A stretch of DNA of 64,000 bases, taken from the NCBI GenBank assembly GCA_964390795.1, contig CAYMLQ010000001.1:2365-66364 (forward strand). Direction: 5' to 3'. This document shows positions 11,301 through 22,000 of the stretch, piece by piece. Origin of the DNA: an uncultured Lentisphaeraceae bacterium (GTDB taxonomy: Bacteria; Verrucomicrobiota; Kiritimatiellia; RFP12; UBA1067). The notes under the pieces are model-generated. The model had not been told where the DNA came from. It saw only the letters and a program-made list of their open reading frames with translations, and did not search any database. Position 1 is the first letter of the stretch, and the number at the start of each line of letters is the position of its first letter. The translations under genes and the position numbers were made by a program.

Positions 11301-12213
11301 GCGTACACGCGGTCGTGAGGGTAGATGGCATATCGGCCCACTCATAGGCTTCGAGCCCGCCGACGTCGCTGATGCGATGCGTTCCGGTACAGCTCCCGTA
11401 GTCGTCCGTATAACTGAAGTCGAGGAGCGGCGCGGCCGGCTCCTCGAAATAGCGGACAATCTGCGCCATCGCGACGGGACCGCAGCCTGCGAGGGCATGG
11501 CCCTCCGAGCCGCCTGATGCCGCAGGCGCAGAAGAATTGTAGGGCGCCTTCTGATCCCATGCCGTCGTCAGCAACGGCACGCTCGCGCTCGCCATCTCCA
11601 CGGCCGGCGCCAGCGCGATTGCTTCCACGGCGACCGGAACTGCGGTCTGCGCCAACGCCTGCCAGGCCAGGCGGTAACGGGGTTCCGGCGCCCGCCGGGC
11701 ACTCCGCAGCCCAGCCAGCGCCGCCACCTCGCCTCCGAGTTCGGCCTCGATCACCGCCCGGAAGCCGGCCGGCAGAGCCCCATACGACCCGCTTGCCGAA
11801 TGCAGCTTAATCGGGGGCAGCTCGTCATCGGCGCGCACGACCACAAAGCCGGACGGCTTAAGCTCCACCACGAACCCCAGGGGGCCTTCCGCGCCGTTAA
11901 TCGGACGGCAGGCGCCTGCGGTGAACGCCGCCGGGGCGGCGAGCCGCCGCGCGGCCTTGGCGATGGAGGACGGCGCATAGTTCCGGTCGATGTAGGTCGA
12001 GGCCGTCAGGCGGGCGTGACCCTCCCCGACCGGGGCCGCGCTGAGCACGCCAATCTGAAGCAGGATACTCGCATAAATGAGAACCGCACGCGCGAAATGA
12101 GAACCGCCGAGGGAGACGCGGGCCTGCGCACCCTGCGTGCGCTCCTCCGTGTTGATTCGCGAAAAGCACACCTTGCTGACTGAACCTGTCCGTTCTATCG
12201 CGGTCTGCCTCAT
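8338..12213 (-). CDS. Giant secreted multidomain protein (paralog 2): N-terminal C10 cysteine peptidase, He_PIG Ig domains and the conserved C-terminal family domain
   Basis: 1291-aa ORF with ATG start at 12211-12213. C10 motifs are GCGPVAMAQIVRYFEEP and GGHALVCDGYR. The C-terminus (...GRGFFLWADKSQYLNAQGKPVTYGFSLSYDFILI) aligns along ~430 aa with the other giants. Confidence 0.85.
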   Translation of the reverse strand: MRQTAIERTGSVSKVCFSRINTEERTQGAQARVSLGGSHFARAVLIYASILLQIGVLSAAPVGEGHARLTASTYIDRNYAPSSIAKAARRLAAPAAFTAGACRPINGAEGPLGFVVELKPSGFVVVRADDELPPIKLHSASGSYGALPAGFRAVIEAELGGEVAALAGLRSARRAPEPRYRLAWQALAQTAVPVAVEAIALAPAVEMASASVPLLTTAWDQKAPYNSSAPAASGGSEGHALAGCGPVAMAQIVRYFEEPAAPLLDFSYTDDYGSCTGTHRISDVGGLEAYEWADMPSTLTTACTPAQKQAVGRLLYHCGVAMEANYEATSTSVCSQLATARAFREVFGYICEEYQMRADSTTPAWFAKIQNDLDESHPVYYTMVSALGGHALVCDGYRNSNEIHLNFGISGYGDAWYNMDSVYFHNYTWSQHAAVFGIMPYAPSGTNLLTVVNGAGGGEYTFETPVEVSADPPPAGYLFDRWTMTPKDAELGPDFVPTQSVTVLIMPKLKVTLTAVYRAQNVLPVITKRVPVMNPAAVSEGASVAFSATANDTADADVERGMSNITWYVDGVLKGETRTGAPNAVTSAFTLKTDAATVQGVVFRDVQIKAVALDRRAGTTETNWTVRVNNVAASQTIAFKALPVLALEATNFNPGATASSGLQVVYVSSNEKVAQIEDGLVHVVGTGAAVITGSQPGTADFKAALPVRQTLTVKARLTAEMPAGGGTVTGAGLYAPGARVTLTAKPAANNTFLRWEDGTQAAVRTLVMPDANVTVRAWFGLTAQVSQPVVADPGAQRAMAGVFFSLPLDIQSESLPVVTVTGLPAGLTFNAAARAIMGAPSAAVTNRAVLVTARNVNKTPCVLTIRITVDPLPLWAQGTFAGACALRGGAEPGTAQMTVTAQGRVAGRLSAAGTNYTFSAASYTNGLPLRFTAVAVGGQAKVPLTVLVTHPENEPEAPAGLGLAEGWLDGAAEGQAPVVLYRNVWKDADMAASATNYAGYYTASLPGGAEYGSGYLAFTVDKIGGVKAAGKLADGTVVSQSGSLLLDGDRRVFAVLHTAPAAYKGGCLFGALQFHKASSSSPVFVCALTGTTFLWESRNPLATGDYAAGGFSRSLGLAGGWYDTVGNLYRYYADRALSVGTADGVPAPELTAGTNRTASAWWRPDGVALAVATNKLGVMTGLTAPKAGVPVDPEKDGKWEYGAINTVGLTMALTRATGIFKGAFKAWFDDGSMHTPKSIAYEGVLTPEGEDGANGVAGRGFFLWADKSQYLNAQGKPVTYGFSLSYDFILI

Positions 12214-12333
12214 TGGGTCTCCTTAAAAGCCTCGCAGCGCTCACACAGACGCCTCGCACCGCCGCTCGCATCACCCGCCCCCTTATGGCTGGCATGTACG
12301 ACTATGGTCTTATGCACAACGCGTGCCAAAAGG

Positions 12334-12369
12334 CAAAAAGGGGCGGCTCCGCCACCGGAACCGCCCCCC
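12334..12369 (-). terminator. Putative intrinsic terminator after giant paralog 3
   Basis: GGGGCGG...CCGCCCC GC-rich stem which, read on the minus strand, is followed by CUUUUUGCC. This suggests paralog 2 has its own promoter. Coordinates are ±2. Confidence 0.5.
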
Positions 12370-12391
12370 GTTAGCTAAAACCCAATTTCCG

Positions 12392-15300
12392 TTATTGGAC
12401 AGGATCGGTCAACAGTAAGAAATCATAGGATCCATTGAATGAATAAGGCACCGGCTTGTTCTGCGGGTTCAGGTACGTGGCCGCATCCGCCCACAGGAAG
12501 AAGCCGCGGCCCGCAACGCCGTCGGACGCGTCCCCGCGCACGGGCGTCAGGATGCCCTCGTACGCGACGGACTTGGAGGTATGCGTCGAGCCATAATCGA
12601 ACCAAGCCTTGAACGCGCCTTTAAACACGCCCGTCGCGCGTGTCAGTGAGACCGTCAGACCCGCGGCGTTGGTCACGCTTTCGTAGTCGTACCCATCAGC
12701 CACCCGCACCGGCACGCCTGCCTTCGGGACGGTAAGGCCCGTCATGACGCCCAGCTTATTGGTCGCCACTGTCAGCGCGAGCCCGTCGGGGCGCCACCAG
12801 GCCGAGTCGTACCGGTTCGTGCCGACGGTCAGTTCCGGTACGGGCGCGCCGCTGTCCGTGCCTGCGGCAAGCTCCCGGCCCGCATAGTAGCGGTACAGGT
12901 TGCCGACAGTGTCGTACCAGCCGCCGGACAGCCCGAGGCTCCGGCTGAATCCGCCCGCGGCGTAGTTGCCCGTCGCCAGCGGACTGCGGCTCTCCCACTG
13001 TAGGGACGACCCGTACAGCGGGCGTAAGTACACGGGCGAACTGGCCGAAAACTTGTAGAACTGGACCACACCGAAGAGGCAGCCGCCCTTGTACGCCACA
13101 GGCGCCGTGTGGAGTACCGCATACACGCGGCGGCCCTCGTCTATAATCAGCGCTCCGCTCAGCGAGACGGCCGTGCCGTCCGCCAGCTTGCCCGCCGTCT
13201 TCACCCCACCTGCCTTGTCCACCGTCAAGGCCAGGTAGCCGCTGCCGTACTCCGCTCCGCCCGGCAGGGACGCCGTATAGTAGCCCGTGTAGGTCGTCGC
13301 CAACGCGGCCATGTCCGGATCCTTCCAGACGTTGCGGTACAGCACGGCCACCGGCGCGCCGCCGGGGTCGCCGGGCAGCCGTGCGGCCGCCATGCCCAAG
13401 CCCAAGGCGACCGAGCCCGCCGCCTGCGCCACGGTAAAGGACAGCGGCATGGCCGCCCTGCCAGCAGCCGCCTTCGCCGCGAAAGCGAACCCGGGCCCGT
13501 TGGTGTACGACGCCGCACTGAAGGCGTAGTTCGTGCCCGCCGCGCTCAGCTTCCCGCTGATCTTGCCTTGCGGCGTCACCGTCAACTCCGCCGTCCCGGG
13601 CGCGCCCAAGCCCGGCAGCGCACATGTGCCGCCGAACGTCCCCACCGCCCATGCGGGCAACGGGGAGACCGTCACGGCGAAGGTCAGAGAGGCCGGAGCG
13701 CTGTTCGCGTTCTTCGCCGTGACCGTCACCGCCTTGTTCGTCACCGCTGCCGACGGCACGCCCGTCACCGACCTCGACGCGGCGTCGTACCTGAGGCCGG
13801 CGGGCAGACCGGTCACCGTCACCGCAGGCAGGCTCGCGGACTGGATGCCGAGCGGCAGGCTGAACAGGACGCCCACCGTCGCCTGCTGCGCGCCGGGGTT
13901 GGCGATCACGGGCGGCTGGATGCCGGCTGTCAGTCCGAACCAGGCCTGCACGGTCACGTTGGCGTTGGGTATCACAAGGCTTCGGGAGGCCGTCTGCGAG
14001 CCGTCCTCCCAGCGCAGGAACGTGTTGCCCGCAGCGGGCTTCGCCGACAAAGCGACCTTCGCGCCCGGCGCGTAAAGCCCCGCGCCCGTCACCGTCCCGC
14101 CGCCGGAGACGACGGCAGAAAGGCGCGCCTTGACCGTCAGCGTCTGTCTCACCGGCACAGCCGCCTTGTAGTCCGTGTTGCCCGGCTGGCTCGCCGTAAT
14201 CACGGACGTGCCCGCGCCGACGATGCGGATCAGACCGTTCACGATCTGCGCCACGGACAGGTTCGAACTTTCGTAAGTCACCGGCAGCCCCGACGAGGCC
14301 GTCGCTCCCGGATTGTAATTCGTGCCGCCCAGCGTCGTAAGCGGCAGCGCCTTGAAGGCAATGGTCTGCGCGGCTATCAGGTTGTTCACCCGCAGCGTCC
14401 AGACCGCTTCAGTGGCCCCCCCCTGTTTGTCCAGCGCGACGGCCCTGACCGCCACATCGCGGGACGCCGCACCCTGCACCGTGTTCGCATCGGTCTTGTA
14501 GGCGAACGCGCTGGTGATGGCGTTGGGCGCGCCGGTCTTCGTCTCCTGCTTGAGCACGCCATCAACGAACCAGGTGATGTTGGACATCCCTCGATCAGCC
14601 ACTTTGGGATCGGCACGGTCGTCCGCCGTTATGCTGAAGGAGACCGTGGCGCCTTCGCTGACAGCCGCCGGCTCAGACGCCGGAGACCGCTTCGTCACGA
14701 CGGGAACCACATTTGATCCGTCGTACTGAATCGTCCAACTGACTGTTTGCGACAGCACATTCGTTCGCCAGTCCGCATTGCGCACCAGTGTCGAGTGATC
14801 CGTAACCACAGCCGAGACCGTATTTGCCCTTAATGACAGACTGAGCGAAGCGGTTTCAAGCGAGGACACATTTTGCGCGACTGTCTGACCATTGACAGTC
14901 CAGGTCACGGCGTACTTGGCCAAAGGCAGAACAAAAGAAAGCTCCAAGCGTTTGCCGCGGTCATACGTTCCGGGCGGCGTGCTGGAGTCCACGGGACGAC
15001 AGAAATCGTAAATACGCTTGATCAGAATTTCAGTATTGACCGAGTCCCAGGCGCCATCCAACGCCCGCATTTTTGAATTTTGGCTGGGGCGGTAGATCCC
15101 GTACTGGCAGTAATACGCACCCTCAAACGTGGAAATGCCATTGGACCCCAGCCAGTACCACCACTTGGCGTGATAGGACTGCATGGTGCCGGAAGAATAC
15201 ATGCTGACATTCGGCTCGCTGGGTTCGGATTCCGTATAGCGTTCACTGTCTGCGTAATCGTATTCGTCCGCCAACAGACCGAAAGAGTGGCCGAATTCAT

Positions 15301-15955
15301 GAAGCGCAAGATCGACGGCAGAAAAATTGTTTCCTGAGACGGTTGCAATCCCGAGGCCGGAATATCCGGCACCGCCGTACTTGGTGCTATTGGCACACGC
15401 AAGAATCATGTCGGCTTCGGGAGCGAGCGCCGCGGCAGCCTGCGCCAAGGCCACGTCAATGCCCAGCAAACGTTCGATTCCGCTACAGAAAAACTCCATA
15501 TTCAATGCGGTATTCCGGCTGATTCCCAGAGCAGGATCATTGTCGACCCCTGATTCGGGCGACACCACATTGACCAGGTGCACATTGAAATAGGACTTGT
15601 ATGTGCTGAGGGGCGGATCCTCAAAGAACTGATTGATCACATTCACTGCATGCTGGCGATACGTGCCGAGTTCACTTGCCGTATAGCCGTCACCCAACAC
15701 AACGAGATCAATCCGGTTGGACGGCGGCCCGTTGTTGACGAGCGTTTCGACCGTCCAACCGGCAGACGCGGACTTCCTTACGGGCTGACCAAAATGGACA
15801 CCCAAAATGTTCATCCGATTGGACGCGTTGATGGCAATCTTGCCACCGCCTAAGCGTCCATTCTCAACAGCGTCATAATAGACCACTGGGTCAGCGGCAG
15901 ACGCCTGTAGGCATCCCAAGAGGAGAACAACACATCCAAACGCCATCCGTTTCAT
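12392..15955 (-). CDS. Giant secreted multidomain protein (paralog 3): N-terminal M64 (IgA-peptidase-like) zinc metallopeptidase, Ig-like domains, He_PIG and the conserved C-terminal family domain
   Basis: 1187-aa ORF with signal peptide MKRMAFGCVVLLLGCLQASAA. M64 signatures are IDLVVLGDGYTASE and HEFGHSFGLLADEY (HEFGH codons ~15287-15301). The C-terminus reads ...GRGFFLWADAATYLNPQNKPVPYSFNGSYDFLLLTDPVQ. Confidence 0.85.
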   Translation of the reverse strand: MKRMAFGCVVLLLGCLQASAADPVVYYDAVENGRLGGGKIAINASNRMNILGVHFGQPVRKSASAGWTVETLVNNGPPSNRIDLVVLGDGYTASELGTYRQHAVNVINQFFEDPPLSTYKSYFNVHLVNVVSPESGVDNDPALGISRNTALNMEFFCSGIERLLGIDVALAQAAAALAPEADMILACANSTKYGGAGYSGLGIATVSGNNFSAVDLALHEFGHSFGLLADEYDYADSERYTESEPSEPNVSMYSSGTMQSYHAKWWYWLGSNGISTFEGAYYCQYGIYRPSQNSKMRALDGAWDSVNTEILIKRIYDFCRPVDSSTPPGTYDRGKRLELSFVLPLAKYAVTWTVNGQTVAQNVSSLETASLSLSLRANTVSAVVTDHSTLVRNADWRTNVLSQTVSWTIQYDGSNVVPVVTKRSPASEPAAVSEGATVSFSITADDRADPKVADRGMSNITWFVDGVLKQETKTGAPNAITSAFAYKTDANTVQGAASRDVAVRAVALDKQGGATEAVWTLRVNNLIAAQTIAFKALPLTTLGGTNYNPGATASSGLPVTYESSNLSVAQIVNGLIRIVGAGTSVITASQPGNTDYKAAVPVRQTLTVKARLSAVVSGGGTVTGAGLYAPGAKVALSAKPAAGNTFLRWEDGSQTASRSLVIPNANVTVQAWFGLTAGIQPPVIANPGAQQATVGVLFSLPLGIQSASLPAVTVTGLPAGLRYDAASRSVTGVPSAAVTNKAVTVTAKNANSAPASLTFAVTVSPLPAWAVGTFGGTCALPGLGAPGTAELTVTPQGKISGKLSAAGTNYAFSAASYTNGPGFAFAAKAAAGRAAMPLSFTVAQAAGSVALGLGMAAARLPGDPGGAPVAVLYRNVWKDPDMAALATTYTGYYTASLPGGAEYGSGYLALTVDKAGGVKTAGKLADGTAVSLSGALIIDEGRRVYAVLHTAPVAYKGGCLFGVVQFYKFSASSPVYLRPLYGSSLQWESRSPLATGNYAAGGFSRSLGLSGGWYDTVGNLYRYYAGRELAAGTDSGAPVPELTVGTNRYDSAWWRPDGLALTVATNKLGVMTGLTVPKAGVPVRVADGYDYESVTNAAGLTVSLTRATGVFKGAFKAWFDYGSTHTSKSVAYEGILTPVRGDASDGVAGRGFFLWADAATYLNPQNKPVPYSFNGSYDFLLLTDPVQ

Positions 15956-16055
15956 TGCAATCCCTCGCTCTTATCATTGCACAGGCAACGTGCTAAGGAA
16001 CACATCCTTTTGACCTGAGTCTGCGTTCCATCTGCTCGACGACATGTGATGACTC

Positions 16056-19000
16056 CTATAGCCCGAGAAGCAGGAAGTCGTACGACCAGTTGAAGGTGTA
16101 CGGGACGGGCTTGTTCTGGGCGTTGAGGTAGGATGCCTTATCCGCCCACAGGAAGAAGCCGCGGCCCGCGACGCCATCGAACGTGGCCCCTGTTTCGGGC
16201 GTCAGGACGCCCTCATACGCGACGCTCTTATACGTGTGGGTCGTGCCGTAGTCGAACCAGGCCTTAAACTGACCCTTGAAAATGCCGGTGTTGCGGGTCA
16301 GCGAGAGCGTCAGACCGACATCGTTCTCCGTTTCGCCGTAGTTGTATGCGCCCTCCACCTTCACGGGCGTCCCCGCTCGGGGTGCCGCAAGTCCAGTCAT
16401 CACGCCAAACCGGTCGGTGACGACGTGGGTCTCCACACCGGTTGGCTCCCAGTACACCGACTCATAGCGGTTCGTGCCCACGAACACCAGCGGTGCCGGA
16501 TCGGCAGCATCTTCGGAGATGCCGACCTGCAAGGTCATGCCGTCATAGTACCGGTAGAGGTTGCCGAGCAGGTCGTACCAGCCGCCGGTCAGATCGAGTT
16601 CACGGCTGAAGCCTTCGCCGTACCGTGCCGTGGCCAGCGGGTTAAAGCTCCCCCACTGCAGGACGCTTCTGCTCTCCAGCAACCGCAGAGTGGTGCAGGC
16701 GTCCGCTTGCTCCGGCTCCGGCAGACACCACTCCACGAAACCGAACAGGCTGCCTCCCTTGTACTCCGCAGGCACAACATTCACGACCATAAATACCGCG
16801 CCGTTTTCGTCGATGATCAGCGGCGCACTCGCGGAAACCGCCGTGCCGTCCGCCAGCTTGCCCGCCGTCTTGACGCCGCCGGCTTTGTCAACCGTGAACG
16901 TGAGATATCCGCTGCCCGCCACGTCGTCCGAGGCGTCTGCCGATGGCAGATTCGGCAACGCGGCCGTATAATAACCCGTGTAGTTGGTGGCGACGGCCCG
17001 CATGTCCGCATCCATCCAAACATTACGATACAGCACAACATTCTGGCACCCGGCCTCGCCGATCATGACGTCGCCCTCCGCAACGGACAGCACCTGCGGC
17101 GTGCCGGCAGCCAGGCGGCTGATTCGACAGTTCAGCACGAGCACGCTCTTGCCGGCCTTCACCTCGGCTCGGATGCAGAACGCCTCCGGATAGGTGTTCG
17201 TCCTGAAGTATGAGGCCGCGCCGAAGGTATGGTTCGTACCCCACACCATAATCTTGCCCGAAATCTTACCGAGCGCGGTGACACTTGCCGAGATCTGCCC
17301 GGCACCCAATATGCTGTCCATGTGCCAGCCGTTAAACGTGCCCTGCGCCCAAGCGGGGAGGCTATCGACGGACATCCCGAAGGTGATGACGCTCGTCTGC
17401 CCGCTCGCGTTCCGCACAGTGACCGTCACCGGTTTGGAGCCGTACGCCGTTGGGACACCCGTCAGCGACCGGGTTGCCGCATCGTACTTCAGGCCCAACG
17501 GCAAACCGCTGAACGTAACGGTCGGCAGCGTATCGGACTGAATATCGAAAGGCAGACTGTAGAACACGCCGACCGTGGCGCTTTGCTCGGACACCGTTCC
17601 AATAGTCGGACGCGAGACGTTCTGCGTCAGCATAAATTCCGCCGTCACAGCCATGTCCGCCGTCGGCATCACGAGCGCGCGCGTCGGGCTCTGAGAGCCA
17701 TCCTCCCAGCGGCGGAAGGTATATCCGCTCTGCGGCCGGGCCGTGAGCGTGACCCGCGTGCCCGGCACATACGCTCCAGCTCCGGACACGCTGCCGCCGC
17801 CGCCCTGAACGTTTGTCGTCAGCCTCGCCTTCACCGTCAGCGTCTGGGTCGCCGTCGCGGGCAGGAAATCCACGCTGCCCTGCTGCAGCGCCGTGATCAC
17901 CGCGCTGCCCGCCCCGACGATGCGCACGCGGTTGTTCGCGATCTCCGCCACCGCGCCGTTGCCGCTGGAGTAGACAACGGGCAGGAGCGAAGATGCGGTC
18001 ACTCCGGGATCGAAATCGGCCTCCCCCGTCACCTTGACAGGCAACGTCTTGAACGTCAATTTCTGCGCCACCGGCGCATTCGTGACACAGACGCTCCAGG
18101 CGCGCTCAGACGAAGCGCCCTGGCGGTCTTGCGCGATCGCTTTGACCGTCACCACGCGCGACACCGTTCCGCTCACCGTTTCGGCTCCCGGCTTATAGGC
18201 GAAGACACTGGCGATCGCAGCTGGTGCGCCGCTCTTCGTGACCTGTTTCAGCGTCCCGTCCACAAACCAACTGACGGCCAGCATGCCGCGAGCCGCATCT
18301 GAGTCCGCCGCATCGCTCGCGGTCAAACTCAACGCCAAGGTTCCGCCTTCGACCGCCCCGACCGCTTCGACCGCTGGCGCGCTCGAACTGATGACCGGCG
18401 CTTGCGCACTGAGCGGCGCGAAAAGGCGCAGCCCGGTGACAGCCATCCCTTTGAAGTTAACACTGCCCCCCCCCCGATTTGCAGACCGGCAGACCCAAGC
18501 CACATCAAAGCAACCGCCCCCCCTGCGGATGCGCAAATCCCCAGTTGCCGCCCCCGCTGGATCGCTCACCGTACTTTCATACGTCCCTTGCCAATCCAAG
18601 CACCACTCCCAAACATTGCCGTGCAGATCGTAGAGCCCCCATGCGTTGGGCAGGTGGGAGCCAACCTTGGCCGTTCCCGCATTGGTGCTGACCGTCCGAG
18701 CGGTCGAGGCAAAAACCGTTGAGTTGGTATAACGCCCCACCGCAGCCATATTCGGGCACGTGTCGGCACCGGTCAGCGACGTCCCGCTGTTCAGCGCGAG
18801 CGTCGTACCCGCACGGCAGGTATACTCCCACTGCGCTTCCGTCGGCAGATCCAAGGACAAGAGTCCGGTTTTCGTTCTCAGCTTGCCGATGAAGGACGCG
18901 GTGTCCACCGTGCTGCTGACCGGCCATCTGGCACCGGCGGTCGCGCCGCGGATATCCACGTAACTGACGCTCTCCACCGGCCGTGTCGCGTAAACCGTAG

Positions 19001-22000
19001 CGTTATTGAAGTAGCTGGGTTTATTTCCCATCACCAGTTCCCACTGGCGCTGGGTCACCTCAAACACGCCGGCATAGCACGCCTTGGTGAGCGTTACGCC
19101 GTGCTGCGTCTCATCGTCTTTCGGGTCGCGCCCCAGCTCGGTCGCCGGACTGCCCATCGTAAAACTGCCGGCGGGGATGCGCCGCAAAACCAGTTTGGTC
19201 GTCTTGTAAGCATCGGCCCAACCACCGGCGGGCACCTCGCTCAAATAGGAAATCGGATAGCTGGAAGCACCTGAACCGCCCGACAGGTCGATCACCAGAA
19301 ACCGCTGGCCAGCCGAGCCGTAAACGGCCAAGGTGAAGGCCCGCGTCGCCGACCGCGCGTTGCGGTCCGTCACGCCCACGGTGAACGAACTCGAACCGAC
19401 GGCGGTCGGCGCCCCCCGAAGCTCGCCGGACGTCGTCAGCGTCAGTCCCGCAGGCAGGCTGCCGGAAACGAGCGACCAGGTGTACGGAGCCATGCCTCCG
19501 GCAACCTCGAACGAGACGCTGTATGCAGACTCCACCACCCCTTCAGGCAACGCGTTTACCGTGACGATCACCGGATCCAGCGCACTGCTTGTCAGCGTTT
19601 GGAAAACCCGGAATCCGATGCCGTAGTCTTGCATGCCAGAGCCATTAAAATTACGATTGGCCGAACGGCACCACGTGGCGTCAAACCACCAGAAGCCTCC
19701 TCGAAAGATACGAACCGGGTTAACACCTGCCCCGACCGGATCGGACACCGACCCCGCAAAGGGACCATAGCCGTCCAGAGACCACTCGGCCACGTTTCCA
19801 TGCACATCATACAACCCCCACGCATTAGACAGGTAACTGCCGACCTTTGCCGTCCCTTGGTTCGTATCGGCATCCGGGGGGATCCCATCTACACTGCCAT
19901 CCGGCAGGATCGCGCCGCTGTTATATCCGTACCGGGCCACCACGTCCAAGTTGTCACACCTGTCCGCCGCCGTCAGATTCTTGCCGCTGTTGAGTGCCGT
20001 CGCCGTCCCCGCCCGGCAGGCGTATTCCCATTGAGCCTCGGTTGGCAGGTCGAACGACGACAGCCCCGTCTTGGCGCGCAGTCGCCCCATGAAGGAGGCC
20101 ACGTCTACGGCACTGCTCCCGGGCCAGCCCGCGCCCGCAACACTCCCCCGCACATCGTCGTAACTGACGCTCTCCACCGGCCGCGTAGCATACCAGGATG
20201 AATTGTCAAAAAAGCTCGGTCGGGTTCCCATCACCAGTTCCCACTGCCGCTGGGTGACCTCGAACACGCCCGCGTAGAAATCCTTCGTGATCGTCACTTC
20301 ATGCTGGACCTCATCGTCGAAACGTCCTACCTCATCGTCGGGGCTGCCCATGGTGAACACTCCGGCAGGTATCTTGCGCAGAACCAGCCTAGTCGTCTTG
20401 TATTCGTCGCTCCAGCCGCCTGCAGGTATCGCGCTCAAATAGGAGAACGGATAACTCGCGGACCCCGGACCGCCGGACAGGTCTACGACCAGATAGAGCG
20501 CCGCCTCGTTGCGCTCCCACTTCGCCACCAGGGTATGATTCGTCGCCACCGGCACCCGCGTGTTCGCCGCTTCAAGACCCGCCACGCCGTTCAGCGTGAG
20601 CCACCACCCCATGAACGAGTAGCCCGCCCGCGAGGGCACGGGCAGCGACCCATAGGCCTGGCCGTACGCCGCAGATTTCAACTCCCGTGTCACCGTGCCC
20701 CCCGCCGGATCGAAAAGGACGTTGCAGGTCAATGGCGTCCAAGCCGCGTAGAGCGTATCGGCCGAGCCCACGACCGTCGTCTCCGTCACCCGCGTCCCGG
20801 TCGCGTCAGGGCCTCCGGTCCACCAGCCTTCAAACGTATACCCGGCCCGGACAGGTACCGGCAGCGCTCCGTAGGCTGCGCCGGGCGTGACCGGCTTGAC
20901 GGACGGCGAAACCGTGCCGCCACAGGCGTCGAACATGACTGCGAATCCTGTCGGCGTCCAGGAAACCTGATCCAGCCAACCGCAGTCTTCCCCATCGGCC
21001 TGACGGCCATTCTTCGAGTAGACCCACCTCAGAGTATGCCGTCCGGCAGTCAATACAACGCTCTGCTGCACCCACCCGTCCTCTGTGCCGGAAGAAAAAG
21101 ACTGCTCAACCCCATCGGCCGAGAAGCTCAGCTTATCAAAATCATACTCCGAGGAAACTCGCCACCAGAAGCTGATTGTGCCAGAACCGGTCACGGTCGT
21201 CTCCAGCCAGCTTGACTGCCCATTTTGGAGCGGCCCGCTGCACGCGGCGTCGTTCCCATCATACGACTCTCGCCACTGGCCATACCACGCGGCGTCGCCG
21301 CCCGTCGTCCAAACGAGGTCACCCGCGTCCAGTTCCGGCCCAGGGACGCCGCAGACTCGGTGCCGCAGCGCATACATGCTGCGCGAGTTCTCGGCCTCGA
21401 TAACCCGATTGGTGACGGGATCGGCGATTGTCGCGCACACATAGAGGGTTCCGGAAACCGGCGAAACGAAGGTATCGGACGCCTCCTCCGCCGAGAATGA
21501 AAGCGCTTTCCACGCCTGCTTCGCCATGGCCGTCGCCTGATTGGTGTAGAGCAGATACGTAGGCAAGACCACGTCCTCATCGAATTCGTTGCCGAAGCTG
21601 AACCGGCCCAGTTCATACCGTTGGCCTGCGACGAAATTCGTAAAAGCGAACCAGTCGTGCAGATCGGTCCGGGTCAACGTGCGACCGCCTTCCGGAATCA
21701 TCGACCCGTCTTGGGCGAAACTGACGGTCCACGCATTCGTGGTTACGTTGTCATACGGATCATTCCAGTCATCGCTGCAGGACATGACCATCGACGCGAA
21801 ACTTGCTGGATTCAACGGTGTGAGTTTTTGGCCGTTATAGCTCCGATTCCGAACGGCGTGAAACTGTCCTATCGCCGTCACGCCATCACTCGGTGAAACG
21901 ACGATGATCGTCGGAAAATTAATGGCGGTCGGATAGCGCCGATGGACCTCTTGCACCAGCGGATCGTTTGAGCCGGCATCGTAGTCGGCATACACTAACG

